A stretch of 64,000 bases of DNA. Origin: an uncultured Bacteroidia bacterium (lineage in GTDB: Bacteria > Bacteroidota > Bacteroidia > JANWVE01). The notes beneath the pieces are model-generated. The model did no database searches. It was not told where the DNA came from and was given only the letters and a program-made list of their open reading frames with translations. Made by a program: the position numbers and the translations under genes. The stretch covers positions 433-64,432 of the forward strand of contig CALIZB010000007.1 in the NCBI GenBank assembly GCA_938028625.1, read 5' to 3'. The stretch's first letter is position 1. The number at the start of each line of letters is the position of its first letter. Positions 1 through 8,799 of the stretch are shown here, piece after piece.

Positions 1-1015
1 CAGTTTTAGGTAGGTCTATTTTGTGTTCTTGGGTATATATTACAGGACATACTAATCCCGTTTTTTTGTGTTCTACTATTTCACTTAATCCTCCCACGTC
101 TGTAACTATCATAGGTTTACCAAAAAAATATGCTACTTGACTAACTCCACTTTGAGTAGCAGAGAGATACGGTTGTACTACTGTATCACAGGCAGAAAAA
201 TATACATGTACTTTATCTTGGGGTATAAAATGCGTGTGTAAATATATCTTATCTTTTAATTTTAATTGTTCTATTTTTTGTAAGTAATATTCTTCATTAC
301 CATAAAATTCACCTGCTAACAAGAGCTTAATTTCATTCTTGAGATGTGGTAGTGCTTCTAGCAAAATATCTAGTCCTTTATATTTTCGGATAAAACCGAA
401 AAACAACAGTATTTTTTCATTTTCAGGAATATTGAGTAACTTACGAGCTTCATTTTTGTCTATACGGGGCTGATAAATATTGTAGATAGGGTGGGGAGTG
501 CATACAGCGGGCTTATTGGTAAAGGTTCGTAAATCCTGTAAAACCTGCTGGGACATTACTACAAAGGAGTCACACTGTTTAAGAAAATAACGGGTAAAAG
601 TAGTATCAAAAAAGCGTTTTTCATGTGGAATTATATTATCACACAAACCAATGTAATGTGCTTTACTTTTTTTGCGAAGTATTTTAAGTATTGTTCCTAA
701 GGCAGGGGCAAGAAAAGGTATCCAGAAACGGGTAATAACCAGTTCAGGATTAAGTTCTTTGGCTATCCATTTGGCTGTTTTTGCCCAGTTTAAGGGAGAC
801 GTACTGTTTATTTTTGTGTAAATAGTTAAGTTTTTTGGAGGAGGGGCATCTGTATATTGAGTTTTGCCGGGAAAAAGAAAATTCGGATATTGTAAAGAAA
901 ATGAAACTATATGTACGGTATGTCCCTGCTGTTGTAGTTCCTGTGCAAGGGCATGATTAAAATCAGCTATGCCTCCACGCAACGGATGCGCAGGTCCTAT
1001 GATGACAATACGCAC
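1..1015 (-). CDS. Glycosyltransferase, GT4-like (Glycos_transf_1 fold); N-terminal ~338 codons in window, C-terminus beyond left edge
   Basis: Own minus-strand translation from GTG at 1015: VRIVIIGPAHPLRGGIADFNHALAQELQQQGHTVHIVSF...FFGFIRKYKGLDILLEAL...QPYLSATQSGV. Absent from ORF track because there is no stop in the window. Starts 7 nt after the ACP stop. Confidence 0.7.
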   Translation of the reverse strand, partial: MRIVIIGPAHPLRGGIADFNHALAQELQQQGHTVHIVSFSLQYPNFLFPGKTQYTDAPPPKNLTIYTKINSTSPLNWAKTAKWIAKELNPELVITRFWIPFLAPALGTILKILRKKSKAHYIGLCDNIIPHEKRFFDTTFTRYFLKQCDSFVVMSQQVLQDLRTFTNKPAVCTPHPIYNIYQPRIDKNEARKLLNIPENEKILLFFGFIRKYKGLDILLEALPHLKNEIKLLLAGEFYGNEEYYLQKIEQLKLKDKIYLHTHFIPQDKVHVYFSACDTVVQPYLSATQSGVSQVAYFFGKPMIVTDVGGLSEIVEHKKTGLVCPVIYTQEHKIDLPKT

Positions 1016-1021
1016 AATAGA

Positions 1022-1264
1022 TTAAGATTTCTTTTTAACCACACAATCTACAAGTTCGCCTACATTTTTAAAACTGGCTATTTCTGCGGAGGTAAAGCGT
1101 ATGCCAAAGTGTTTTTCAATACCTACAATAATATCAATGTGAGAAAGAGAGTCCCAGCCGTCTACTTGGTCTGCGGTAGTACTTCGGGTGAGCATGATAT
1201 TGTCGTTTTCTAAAATATCCTGAAAAATAGGGTGGATTTCCTCTAATACTTGTTCTGCTGTCAT
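1022..1264 (-). CDS. Acyl carrier protein (phosphopantetheine attachment motif DGWDSLSH)
   Basis: ORF 1022..1300 begins with TTG. The ATG at 1264 gives an 80-aa product (MTAEQVLEEIHPIFQDIL...DGWDSLSHIDIIVGIEKHFGIRF) of typical ACP size with the DSL Ser motif. A near -7 box (TTATTTTG) lies 5 nt upstream of 1264. Confidence 0.8.
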   Translation of the reverse strand: MTAEQVLEEIHPIFQDILENDNIMLTRSTTADQVDGWDSLSHIDIIVGIEKHFGIRFTSAEIASFKNVGELVDCVVKKKS

Positions 1265-1473
1265 AGGCGCAAAATAAGGTAAAAATAACGGATTTGACAA
1301 ATTCGTTTGAGATTTGGAATTTTTGATTTAGGATTTATCAATTACGATTTTGTTGATCAAGTAGCAAAGCATGCCGAAATGACTTTTTGCCTTATAGTTG
1401 AAATGATTATTGCCATGCCAAGCCATTGAGCAGACAAATAAAAAAACCCTGCAGATATTTTTGCAAGGTTTTG

Positions 1474-1547
1474 CTCCCCGGGTTGGACTCGAACCAACGA
1501 CCCTTTGATTAACAGTCAAATGCTCTAACCGGCTGAGCTACCGAGGA
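1474..1547 (-). tRNA. tRNA-Asn (anticodon GTT)
   Basis: Reverse complement folds by hand into a cloverleaf: acceptor TCCTCGG/CCGGGGA, D arm GCTC-AGCCGGTTA-GAGC, anticodon stem TTTGA-CTGTTAA-TCAAA, T arm GTTGG-TTCGAGT-CCAAC. 74 nt, no encoded CCA. Confidence 0.95.
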
Positions 1548-1662
1548 AGGATTATTAAATTTTGGATTACAAAGGTACTACATATAGGTAAGGTTTGTCA
1601 AGAGTTTTTTATTGTTTTTTTTGTATGTGCTTTATTTTCAATATGAAAAAATTAAAAAATAT

Positions 1663-2316
1663 CTATATCGGGGAAGCTACACAGTAGGTGTAGACATAGT
1701 TTTTGTAAAAAGCATACTCTACAATATAAAATAAGGGTTCTCGGCTAGGGGGGTAAATAACTATGTTTATTCCCTCGTCTTGTATGAGTGTAGAAATATT
1801 AAGTACTCTTATATTTTCTTTAAGATATACATCTTTTTTGCCCCTGCATTTGTAGGCGGCTTCTTTGGCAGACCATACTACATTACGGATAAAGTGCCTG
1901 TCTTTTTCGTTCTCTTCTGCCAGTTCGCCTTCGGACATATATTTTCTTGCCAAATCTGTGGATATAACTCTCATTTCCTGAATATCTATACCTACATCAT
2001 AACTGTTGCAGACAATAGCCGCCGCCATTTCTTTACTGTGAGAAACAGAAATATGGTGGGTGGCAGGATACAAATACGGTTTACCATCTTCGTCAGACAG
2101 CATTTCTACAAATTCTTTTGGGGATAAGGTTTCTTTTAGACAGCACCTGCTGGAAAGCCATTGCAAGCGCCTTTTAGGACTGGTACATTTAGACAAAGCC
2201 ATCTCCTCTCTCTCTGTAAGCGAGAGCATGTTGTATAGAGTTTTTTCTTCTTCCATAGTGTGCCAGAGACCAATTTTGATGGAGGTATCCAAAGTAATCA
2301 CAGGAATATAAGGCAT
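1663..2316 (-). CDS. 4'-phosphopantetheinyl transferase, Sfp-type
   Basis: 217 aa with the family motifs GKPYL, ISVSHS, VGIDIQ and WSAKEAAYK. Confidence 0.8.
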   Translation of the reverse strand: MPYIPVITLDTSIKIGLWHTMEEEKTLYNMLSLTEREEMALSKCTSPKRRLQWLSSRCCLKETLSPKEFVEMLSDEDGKPYLYPATHHISVSHSKEMAAAIVCNSYDVGIDIQEMRVISTDLARKYMSEGELAEENEKDRHFIRNVVWSAKEAAYKCRGKKDVYLKENIRVLNISTLIQDEGINIVIYPPSREPLFYIVEYAFYKNYVYTYCVASPI

Positions 2317-2323
2317 AGTTGTA

Positions 2324-2331
2324 CAAAATTA
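2324..2331 (-). promoter_or_regulatory. Bacteroidota -7 box TAATTTTG, 7 nt upstream of the PPTase ATG
   Basis: Exact TAnnTTTG match on the minus strand (plus strand CAAAATTA). Spacing implies a leaderless or near-leaderless mRNA. Confidence 0.45.
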
Positions 2332-2417
2332 AAGAATTATTTACAAAATTCGGCAGAATTATGATGTTTTTAGATCCCTACATTTTACAGATTATAATGA
2401 TTATCCGAACATTTTTC

Positions 2418-2425
2418 TATTTTTG
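2418..2425 (+). promoter_or_regulatory. -7 box TATTTTTG, 5 nt upstream of ATG 2431
   Basis: Exact TAnnTTTG match followed by tactt then ATG. Confidence 0.45.
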
Positions 2426-2430
2426 TACTT

Positions 2431-4035
2431 ATGAGTGAGAAAACACCCCAAAAAAAAAACCGTTATTTTACCACAGATAACTTGATTATTACGTTTTTAG
2501 TTTTTGTGCGTCTAGCTATTATTGTGGTTATTCCCTTTGCTATAAAGGCAATTAACCCGATAGGAGAGGCACTGAAAGACTTTAATCTTACAGATTTGGT
2601 GTTTTCTCAGCTTAGAGATGAAACAAAAGTTCCTCCTAATACCAATATCGTGATAGTAGATGTAGGTGACGCAAGAGAGTGTGACAGAGGTTGTATTGCT
2701 ACAGAAATTATGGCAATCAACCGATATAAACCCAGAGTACTCGCGTTAGATATGTTTTTTAGAAAGGAAAAAAAAAGTAATGCTGACCAAATAATGAAAG
2801 ATTCTTTGTTAGAAACAGCACTCAGTCAGTCTAAAAACCTGATAATGGCAAGCCAGATAATATACAGTCCTGAAACAGGTGCCTTTACTGAATTGCTACA
2901 ATCTCACCCAAGATTTACAAAAAATGCCGTTCCTGCTTTTGTAAATGTAATTACTGATGAGGGAAAACTTAAAAAAGGACAAATCAGCAAGAGAACTGTA
3001 CGTACTTTTACTATCAAAGAACGTATTATTGACACACTCTACAAATTTGATACGCTAAAATTCAAATCCAAACAAGAGTTTCTTAATCATGAAAAACTGC
3101 TCAAAGAAAAAAAATTACACCCTTACACGATATTGGACAGTAATTTTATGCTTAAACCTAAAGTAGATAAAATTGTAGATAGTTTGCATTTTAGTTTTCC
3201 GTATCATGTAGTTCGTTTATTTGATAAAAAGAAAGCAGAGAAAGCTCTTGCTCGCAAAAGAAAAAAAGATATTATTAACTATTATGGAAATGTATCTGTG
3301 GGTAGACTAAAATTTCAGTATATTTCACGAGAAGAACTCTTAAATGTTTATGAAACAATTACTTTTTATGAGCAGAAAATAAAATCGGGTTTTAAGTTAG
3401 ATGAAAATGAGCAAGCAGAATACAACAACGCTTTAGAAGGCGCAAAAAATCATGAAAAAATCATCAAGGATAAAATTGTACTTATGGGTATAGTACCTCT
3501 AATTGACCTCTCTGACCCTAAAAGTTTAGCTAATATAACCTACGAAGATACTTACTATACACCCTTAAACCCTAACTATGTCGGTAGAAGTTATCCTGAC
3601 ATGTATGGGCTGGTGATACATGCCAATGTCATTGCGATGATGTTAGATGAAAATTACATAAATGAGTCTCCTATATGGCTAACGATTACATTAGCTATAA
3701 CAAGCACCTTTTTGGCTGTTGTATTTTTTAGTTATTTGTTTAATAATTATGATACTATTTACAGATTAGGAAGAAAAACTATTCAGTTTATTATAGGAAT
3801 ATCTATGCTTTTTATATTAGTAATGGTTTTTCATTGGTTTAATTATTTTATACGATTAGAACTTACTGCGGCGTGTGTATTGTTAAGTACGGGTTCTATG
3901 CGTATGTATTACCGTACAGTAAGACCTATACTGGAAAAAATAGGATTACTCAAATCAAAACCCAATGAAAGCGAAGAGAATACAGAAAATACTTCTGAAA
4001 ATACAGAAAGTACATCTGAAAATTCAAAAACCTAA
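2431..4035 (+). CDS. CHASE2-like sensor-domain membrane protein with no recognisable output domain
   Basis: N-terminal TM, then NIVIVDVGD...RVLALDMFF and MYGLVIHANVIAMML motifs typical of CHASE2. Three or four C-terminal TM helices and a short ENT/ENS-rich tail. Confidence 0.5.
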   Translation: MSEKTPQKKNRYFTTDNLIITFLVFVRLAIIVVIPFAIKAINPIGEALKDFNLTDLVFSQLRDETKVPPNTNIVIVDVGDARECDRGCIATEIMAINRYKPRVLALDMFFRKEKKSNADQIMKDSLLETALSQSKNLIMASQIIYSPETGAFTELLQSHPRFTKNAVPAFVNVITDEGKLKKGQISKRTVRTFTIKERIIDTLYKFDTLKFKSKQEFLNHEKLLKEKKLHPYTILDSNFMLKPKVDKIVDSLHFSFPYHVVRLFDKKKAEKALARKRKKDIINYYGNVSVGRLKFQYISREELLNVYETITFYEQKIKSGFKLDENEQAEYNNALEGAKNHEKIIKDKIVLMGIVPLIDLSDPKSLANITYEDTYYTPLNPNYVGRSYPDMYGLVIHANVIAMMLDENYINESPIWLTITLAITSTFLAVVFFSYLFNNYDTIYRLGRKTIQFIIGISMLFILVMVFHWFNYFIRLELTAACVLLSTGSMRMYYRTVRPILEKIGLLKSKPNESEENTENTSENTESTSENSKT

Positions 4036-4094
4036 TTCATAAAAAATCATGTGTGCCTTATAAGGCAGTTTTCGATAATCTTTGATTTCAAGCA

Positions 4095-4102
4095 TATCTT
4101 TG
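4095..4102 (+). promoter_or_regulatory. -7 box TATCTTTG, 4 nt upstream of ATG 4107
   Basis: Exact TAnnTTTG match. Confidence 0.45.
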
Positions 4103-4106
4103 CAGT

Positions 4107-4907
4107 ATGAATTGTGTCAAATATATCTTAATTCCTTTTATTCTTTTGTTTGTTGCCTGTGGGAGCGGTAAAAAAGAAGAGCAGCAAAAAACTAATGCTG
4201 AAAATAACGGCAACACAGAAAATCAGCAGAAAGATGCAGAAAGTCCGAAAAAAAGCGTAAAATTCAAAATAGAAAAAAAAGAGTTTAAAGGCGAAGGTTA
4301 CAGCATAAGTTATGAGGTAATTACAGAAGGAAGCAATGAAATAAAAGAAAAAGTTCATTCTGCTTTGCTCAAAGCCCTTATACCTGAAAACAAAAAATAC
4401 AAAACCCTTGATGATTTTGAAAAAACACTTATGCAAAAAAAATATAATGTCATTTCTGCTGACTGTCCTACTGCAAGCCGTGAATTTAATGCCACACTTA
4501 ATAATGTTGGAGAAGTAGTAGGCTTGTCAGTAAGTGAATATATTTTTGAATGCGGCGCACATGGAATCGGTTCAACTACAACGCAACACTTCCACATACA
4601 GACAGGTAAGGAAATTACACTCAAAGATGTATTTAAAGATGAAAAAGGTCTTAAAAATGAAGTTGAAAAACAGTTTTGTAAAGACAATAAATTAGAAAAA
4701 AAGAACAGTGCTTACGTGGAAGCAGGTTATGAAGGTTTTGCAGAAGGTTTTGTCTTGGCAAAAAACTATCTTTTCGGAAAAGACGGCATATCTTTTATTT
4801 ACAACCCTTATGAAGCAGGACCTTATACCCTTCCTCCTTTTGATGTAAATGTAAAGTATGAAAAAGTAAAATCATATATGAAAGAAAACAATCCATTGGG
4901 ACTATGA
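4107..4907 (+). CDS. Lipoprotein with DUF3298/RsiV-like domain
   Basis: Lipobox LFVACGSG. ECGAHGIGSTTTQHFHIQTGKEITLKDVF matches the characteristic GAHG...TGK..L.D.F core of DUF3298 proteins. Confidence 0.65.
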   Translation: MNCVKYILIPFILLFVACGSGKKEEQQKTNAENNGNTENQQKDAESPKKSVKFKIEKKEFKGEGYSISYEVITEGSNEIKEKVHSALLKALIPENKKYKTLDDFEKTLMQKKYNVISADCPTASREFNATLNNVGEVVGLSVSEYIFECGAHGIGSTTTQHFHIQTGKEITLKDVFKDEKGLKNEVEKQFCKDNKLEKKNSAYVEAGYEGFAEGFVLAKNYLFGKDGISFIYNPYEAGPYTLPPFDVNVKYEKVKSYMKENNPLGL

Positions 4908-4976
4908 TAGAACATATTCCCGTTTTTCTATAAAAAATTTATATCTCGTATTTATAGAGACTTATTTTGTATCAAT

Positions 4977-5012
4977 GGTGTAACCTCCGTGTTAGGTTGC
5001 ACCGTTTATTAT
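4977..5012 (+). terminator. Rho-independent terminator
   Basis: 10-bp stem GGTGTAACCT/AGGTTGCACC (one G-U), 7-nt loop, then GTTTATTATT. Confidence 0.6.
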
Positions 5013-5289
5013 TAGAATAAATTGTAATTCGGGAAAGTTCTCCAACTGAACGCCTTGGTCTATGTAGATGTTCTTAATGCACTTTAACTAATACCAAAAT
5101 AGTTATTAAAAAAACTATAACCTTATGAAAACACAAATTTAATGTATTTTTTTACATTGATAATCAATACATTACAAAGTTATTTAAAAAATTTTTTCAA
5201 AAACGTGAAACATTTTACTATTATTTCATGGTAAATACCGTTCATAAAAAAAAATCAAATTTTATCATTTCATGTTAAATTCAATTTAT

Positions 5290-5664
5290 ATGAAAAATTT
5301 CATTTTTGTCTTGCTTGTTCTTGTTTTTGTACAAAGTAAATTTTGCTTTAGTCAGAGCGTGGTTGGCACAGCCACTATGGACGCAAATTGGGTTATCCAT
5401 CTTAACGGAAGTAACGTGCTTACAGAGTATAATACCGATGTTACGGCTGTGGGTTTTACTTCAGAGGAGCAGGCAAAAAATTTCTTTCTTTGGTTCAGTG
5501 ATAATCTTGTAGAATACAAAAACTTTGATTTTACATCAAAAAAGGTAACTGTAGTTATTCACCCTGAATACTTACGTAATTCATGGACAGTAGCTCAGTG
5601 GAATGAATATTTAAGAAATAAAGCTATTCAAAGAAAAACCGAATTCCCAACTATTCCTTACTAA
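5290..5664 (+). CDS. Hypothetical secreted protein
   Basis: ORF 5272..5664. The second ATG gives a clean signal peptide, MKNFIFVLLVLVFVQSKFCFSQS. No family recognised. Confidence 0.45.
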   Translation: MKNFIFVLLVLVFVQSKFCFSQSVVGTATMDANWVIHLNGSNVLTEYNTDVTAVGFTSEEQAKNFFLWFSDNLVEYKNFDFTSKKVTVVIHPEYLRNSWTVAQWNEYLRNKAIQRKTEFPTIPY

Positions 5665-5698
5665 AAATATTTTTTAACATCATAGACTACAATTTATT

Positions 5699-7489
5699 AT
5701 GAAAAAGTTAAACTTTTACTTATTATTTTTATTGCTTGCTGGGTTTAGTATGTCAAGCGAGGCACAAATTGTAGGTCCTCACTGTTATCTACAAAGAAAT
5801 GCGGTAGAAGTGGCGGTAGCCAGTTGTGGTACATTTGGAGTTAATGCTACTGCTCCCGCAGGATATCATCCTAGATGGAATTGTTCAGGAGCTTCTACTG
5901 GCAGATTTGGTTTTGTAGCCGATCCACCAAAAAATGGCTGGGCAACCCCTGGTCCGGGTAGTTTTCCAAACTATATGGGCGATTATTTTACACCGGGTTC
6001 TCCCGAAGAAGGTTGGGGTATAGAATTTAACATTGGTGCTACCAACTACAACTACGGTAGCTACAATCTTTGTGGAGCAACAGGAACAAGCGGCGCTGTG
6101 CCTGGTGGAATTATTGCCTATAATATCACTCCTACTAGTCGTCAGGCTGTATGGCAAGGTACAGTAATGGGCTTACAAATCACAAAAACGACTACTATTT
6201 TCACAGATTCCTTGTATATTCTAACCTGTGTAAATATTCAGAATACTTCTGGCGCAACACGCTCTAACGTATATTATTCTCGCAGTGTAGACCCTGATAA
6301 CGAACAACCATGGAGTTGTAGTTATGTAACTACAAATACTATTGTATATCAACAGCCTATGTCACCGGGGGGTAGAGCACTGGTCAGTGCTGTAGGTAAT
6401 ACCTATGGCGGATACTTAGGTTTAGGTACAAAAGATACTCGTGCAAGAGTAATTTATGGAGGATTTTTTAACCGAGACCCAAGCAACATATGGAATATGG
6501 TAGGCTTTACAGGAACACTGGGGGCTACAAATACCGCTGACGAAGCAGTATCTCTTGCTTTTAGCTTTGGAAATATTCCCGCAGGTGGTTGTGTTACTTT
6601 TGCTTATGTGTATGTACTCTCTGCGGCACAGTTAGAATCAGCATTAAATGCTACCTCACCCAGTTTTTATGCGGGGGCTACAGATATTACCGCTTCAGGT
6701 AGTACAAATATCTGTGCAGGTGATAATGTTACTTTAAGTATCGTAGGAGGTGGTAATGCTTGCGGCGCATCAGGCTGGAGCTGGACATGGTCGCCTGCGG
6801 CAGGGTTAAGTAGTACAACAGGTACAACCGTAGTAGCTTCTCCTGCTACTACTACTACTTATACAGCTACTGCTACTGATGTGTGCGGAAGTGTTGTCTT
6901 TACAAAAAATATCACTATAAACGTTGCGGCTTGTCTGCCTGTCAGTTTACAACTGTTAGGAGGAATACATAACAACAAAGATGCGGTATTTTCATGGAAC
7001 TATCCTGATGATTTATCTTTCCGTCATTTTGAACTGGAACGTAGTAAAGATGGCTTTATCTATCAAAATGTAGCCACTATAAATGCTTTTTCAGGTCAGG
7101 AAAAATACGAATATACAGATGCAAACCTGTCCGCAGGTAGATATATTTACCGTTTGCGTAAAGTAAATAAAGACGGTTCTGAAGGATACAGTAATACTGT
7201 TGAGATTGTGGTTAATCCTGTTAGTGAAGGTTTTGCTGTGCATAGTATAGCACCTAATCCTGCTTTTGATAATGTAACTCTTCAGTATAGTGTAGATGTT
7301 TCAGGTAAAGTACAATTTGAAGTATACGACCTTGCAGGTAGAAAAATGAAAGATATCTATGAAGGTGTGGTAAGTACAGGACAGTATACTCATCAATTCT
7401 CTGTAAATGATTTACCGAACGGAAATTATCTTGTAATTGCTATGTTTAATGGAAATCCACAGTACTTCCGTCTGAACGTGATACGATAA
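5699..7489 (+). CDS. Secreted protein with T9SS type A C-terminal sorting domain
   Basis: Signal peptide ends SSEAQ. C-terminus APNPAFDNVTLQYSV...GNYLVIAMFNGNPQYFRLNVIR is a Por_Secre_tail-type CTD. N-terminal ~400 aa not recognised. Confidence 0.7.
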   Translation: MKKLNFYLLFLLLAGFSMSSEAQIVGPHCYLQRNAVEVAVASCGTFGVNATAPAGYHPRWNCSGASTGRFGFVADPPKNGWATPGPGSFPNYMGDYFTPGSPEEGWGIEFNIGATNYNYGSYNLCGATGTSGAVPGGIIAYNITPTSRQAVWQGTVMGLQITKTTTIFTDSLYILTCVNIQNTSGATRSNVYYSRSVDPDNEQPWSCSYVTTNTIVYQQPMSPGGRALVSAVGNTYGGYLGLGTKDTRARVIYGGFFNRDPSNIWNMVGFTGTLGATNTADEAVSLAFSFGNIPAGGCVTFAYVYVLSAAQLESALNATSPSFYAGATDITASGSTNICAGDNVTLSIVGGGNACGASGWSWTWSPAAGLSSTTGTTVVASPATTTTYTATATDVCGSVVFTKNITINVAACLPVSLQLLGGIHNNKDAVFSWNYPDDLSFRHFELERSKDGFIYQNVATINAFSGQEKYEYTDANLSAGRYIYRLRKVNKDGSEGYSNTVEIVVNPVSEGFAVHSIAPNPAFDNVTLQYSVDVSGKVQFEVYDLAGRKMKDIYEGVVSTGQYTHQFSVNDLPNGNYLVIAMFNGNPQYFRLNVIR

Positions 7490-7513
7490 AAAATCTAAAT
7501 AAAACACTTATCT

Positions 7514-7549
7514 CCGCTTTGTATATACAGAGCGGGGCTTTATTTTTTT
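7514..7549. terminator. Hairpin terminator between convergent genes
   Basis: Stem CCGCTTTGT/ACAGAGCGG followed by GGCTTTATTTTTTT. Confidence 0.6.
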
Positions 7550-7559
7550 ACAGTGCATC

Positions 7560-8795
7560 TCAAAGATGCGAAGAAGCCACTAACAAGTCTATATCTTTGT
7601 AACTCATAGAAAATTTTCGGGCAATAATTTCATTGGTCAGTATGCCCTGATAAAGATACACACTGTTGCGTATCCATTCCTCCTGCCAGATAAAATTTTT
7701 AATGCCCCCTGCATCTGTAATGCGAATCATAAGCGGAGTAATTACGTTACTAAGTGCATAAGATGCGGTTCTTGCCACACGCGAAGGAATATTGGGTACG
7801 CAAAAATGAATAACACCATGCTTGACAAATACAGGATTATCATGTGTGGTAACACGGCTAGTTTCAAAACACCCTCCTTGGTCAATGGATACATCTATAA
7901 TAACTGAACCCTGCGGCATTTGGCTTACCCAGTCTTCCATAATAAGAAAACCTCTGTTTTTTCGCTGAAACCTGCCAATAGCTCCAATTGCTACATCTGC
8001 CCGCTTTAAAGCATCAATAATATAATGTACCTGCGTAGTAGCCGTAAAAATATGATTACCTAACAAACTTTCTATACGCCTTAACCTGTGTATAGACTCA
8101 TCAAAAATTTTGACATTCGCACCCACCCCAAGCGCAGCGCGTGCCGCAAATTCTCCTACTGTACCTGCCCCAAAAATAACTACATTGGTACGAGGAACTC
8201 CCGTTACTCCGCCAAGCAGAATACCTAATCCGTGTTCATGCCTGTTGCTCAGGTACTCCGAAGCTATCATAATGGAAGTATAGCCTGCTATTTCACTCAT
8301 CATACGTACAATAGGATACTCGCCTTCTTCATCTTGCAACAGTTCATACCCTATGGCAGTGATGTTTTTTTCCATCATAATTTTGAGAATATCTGGCTGT
8401 AATGTACCCAAATGAATGGCAGAAAGCAGGGTTTGGCGGGGCTTTAAAAGGCTTGCTTCTTCATACGTAACTGGGGCAAGTTTAAGTACAATATCTGCTT
8501 TTTGATAAACTTCTTCTTGTGAAAAACAAAGCCTTGCTCCGCGTTCTGTATATTCTCTGTCAGAAAAACGGGCATATTTTCCTGCGCTTACTTCTATGTA
8601 CACTTCGTATCCGTTGCTTACTAATACTCCCACAGACTCGGGTGTTAAAATAACTCTACGTTCTTGTGCTGTAATTTCTCTGGGTATGCCTATACGTATG
8701 GTATCCTGTTTTTTTTCTAGTACTGCCAGACTTTCTTGCGGGTACGCATAAAATAATTCACTTACTTTGCTAAAAGAGGAAGATTTTTCAGTCAT
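7560..8795 (-). CDS. ald: Alanine dehydrogenase family (AlaDH/PNT) protein
   Basis: IRIGIPREITAQERRVILTPESVGVLVSNGYEVYIE plus Rossmann VVIFGAGTVGEFAARAALGVGANVKIFD. ATG at 8795 chosen because the 8819 start in the ORF track is TTG and overlaps the upstream gene. Confidence 0.75.
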   Translation of the reverse strand: MTEKSSSFSKVSELFYAYPQESLAVLEKKQDTIRIGIPREITAQERRVILTPESVGVLVSNGYEVYIEVSAGKYARFSDREYTERGARLCFSQEEVYQKADIVLKLAPVTYEEASLLKPRQTLLSAIHLGTLQPDILKIMMEKNITAIGYELLQDEEGEYPIVRMMSEIAGYTSIMIASEYLSNRHEHGLGILLGGVTGVPRTNVVIFGAGTVGEFAARAALGVGANVKIFDESIHRLRRIESLLGNHIFTATTQVHYIIDALKRADVAIGAIGRFQRKNRGFLIMEDWVSQMPQGSVIIDVSIDQGGCFETSRVTTHDNPVFVKHGVIHFCVPNIPSRVARTASYALSNVITPLMIRITDAGGIKNFIWQEEWIRNSVYLYQGILTNEIIARKFSMSYKDIDLLVASSHL

Positions 8796-8799
8796 GTCA

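Noticed and set aside
1328-1519. 63-aa minus-strand ORF
   Set aside because: It overlaps tRNA-Asn, so the open frame is incidental.
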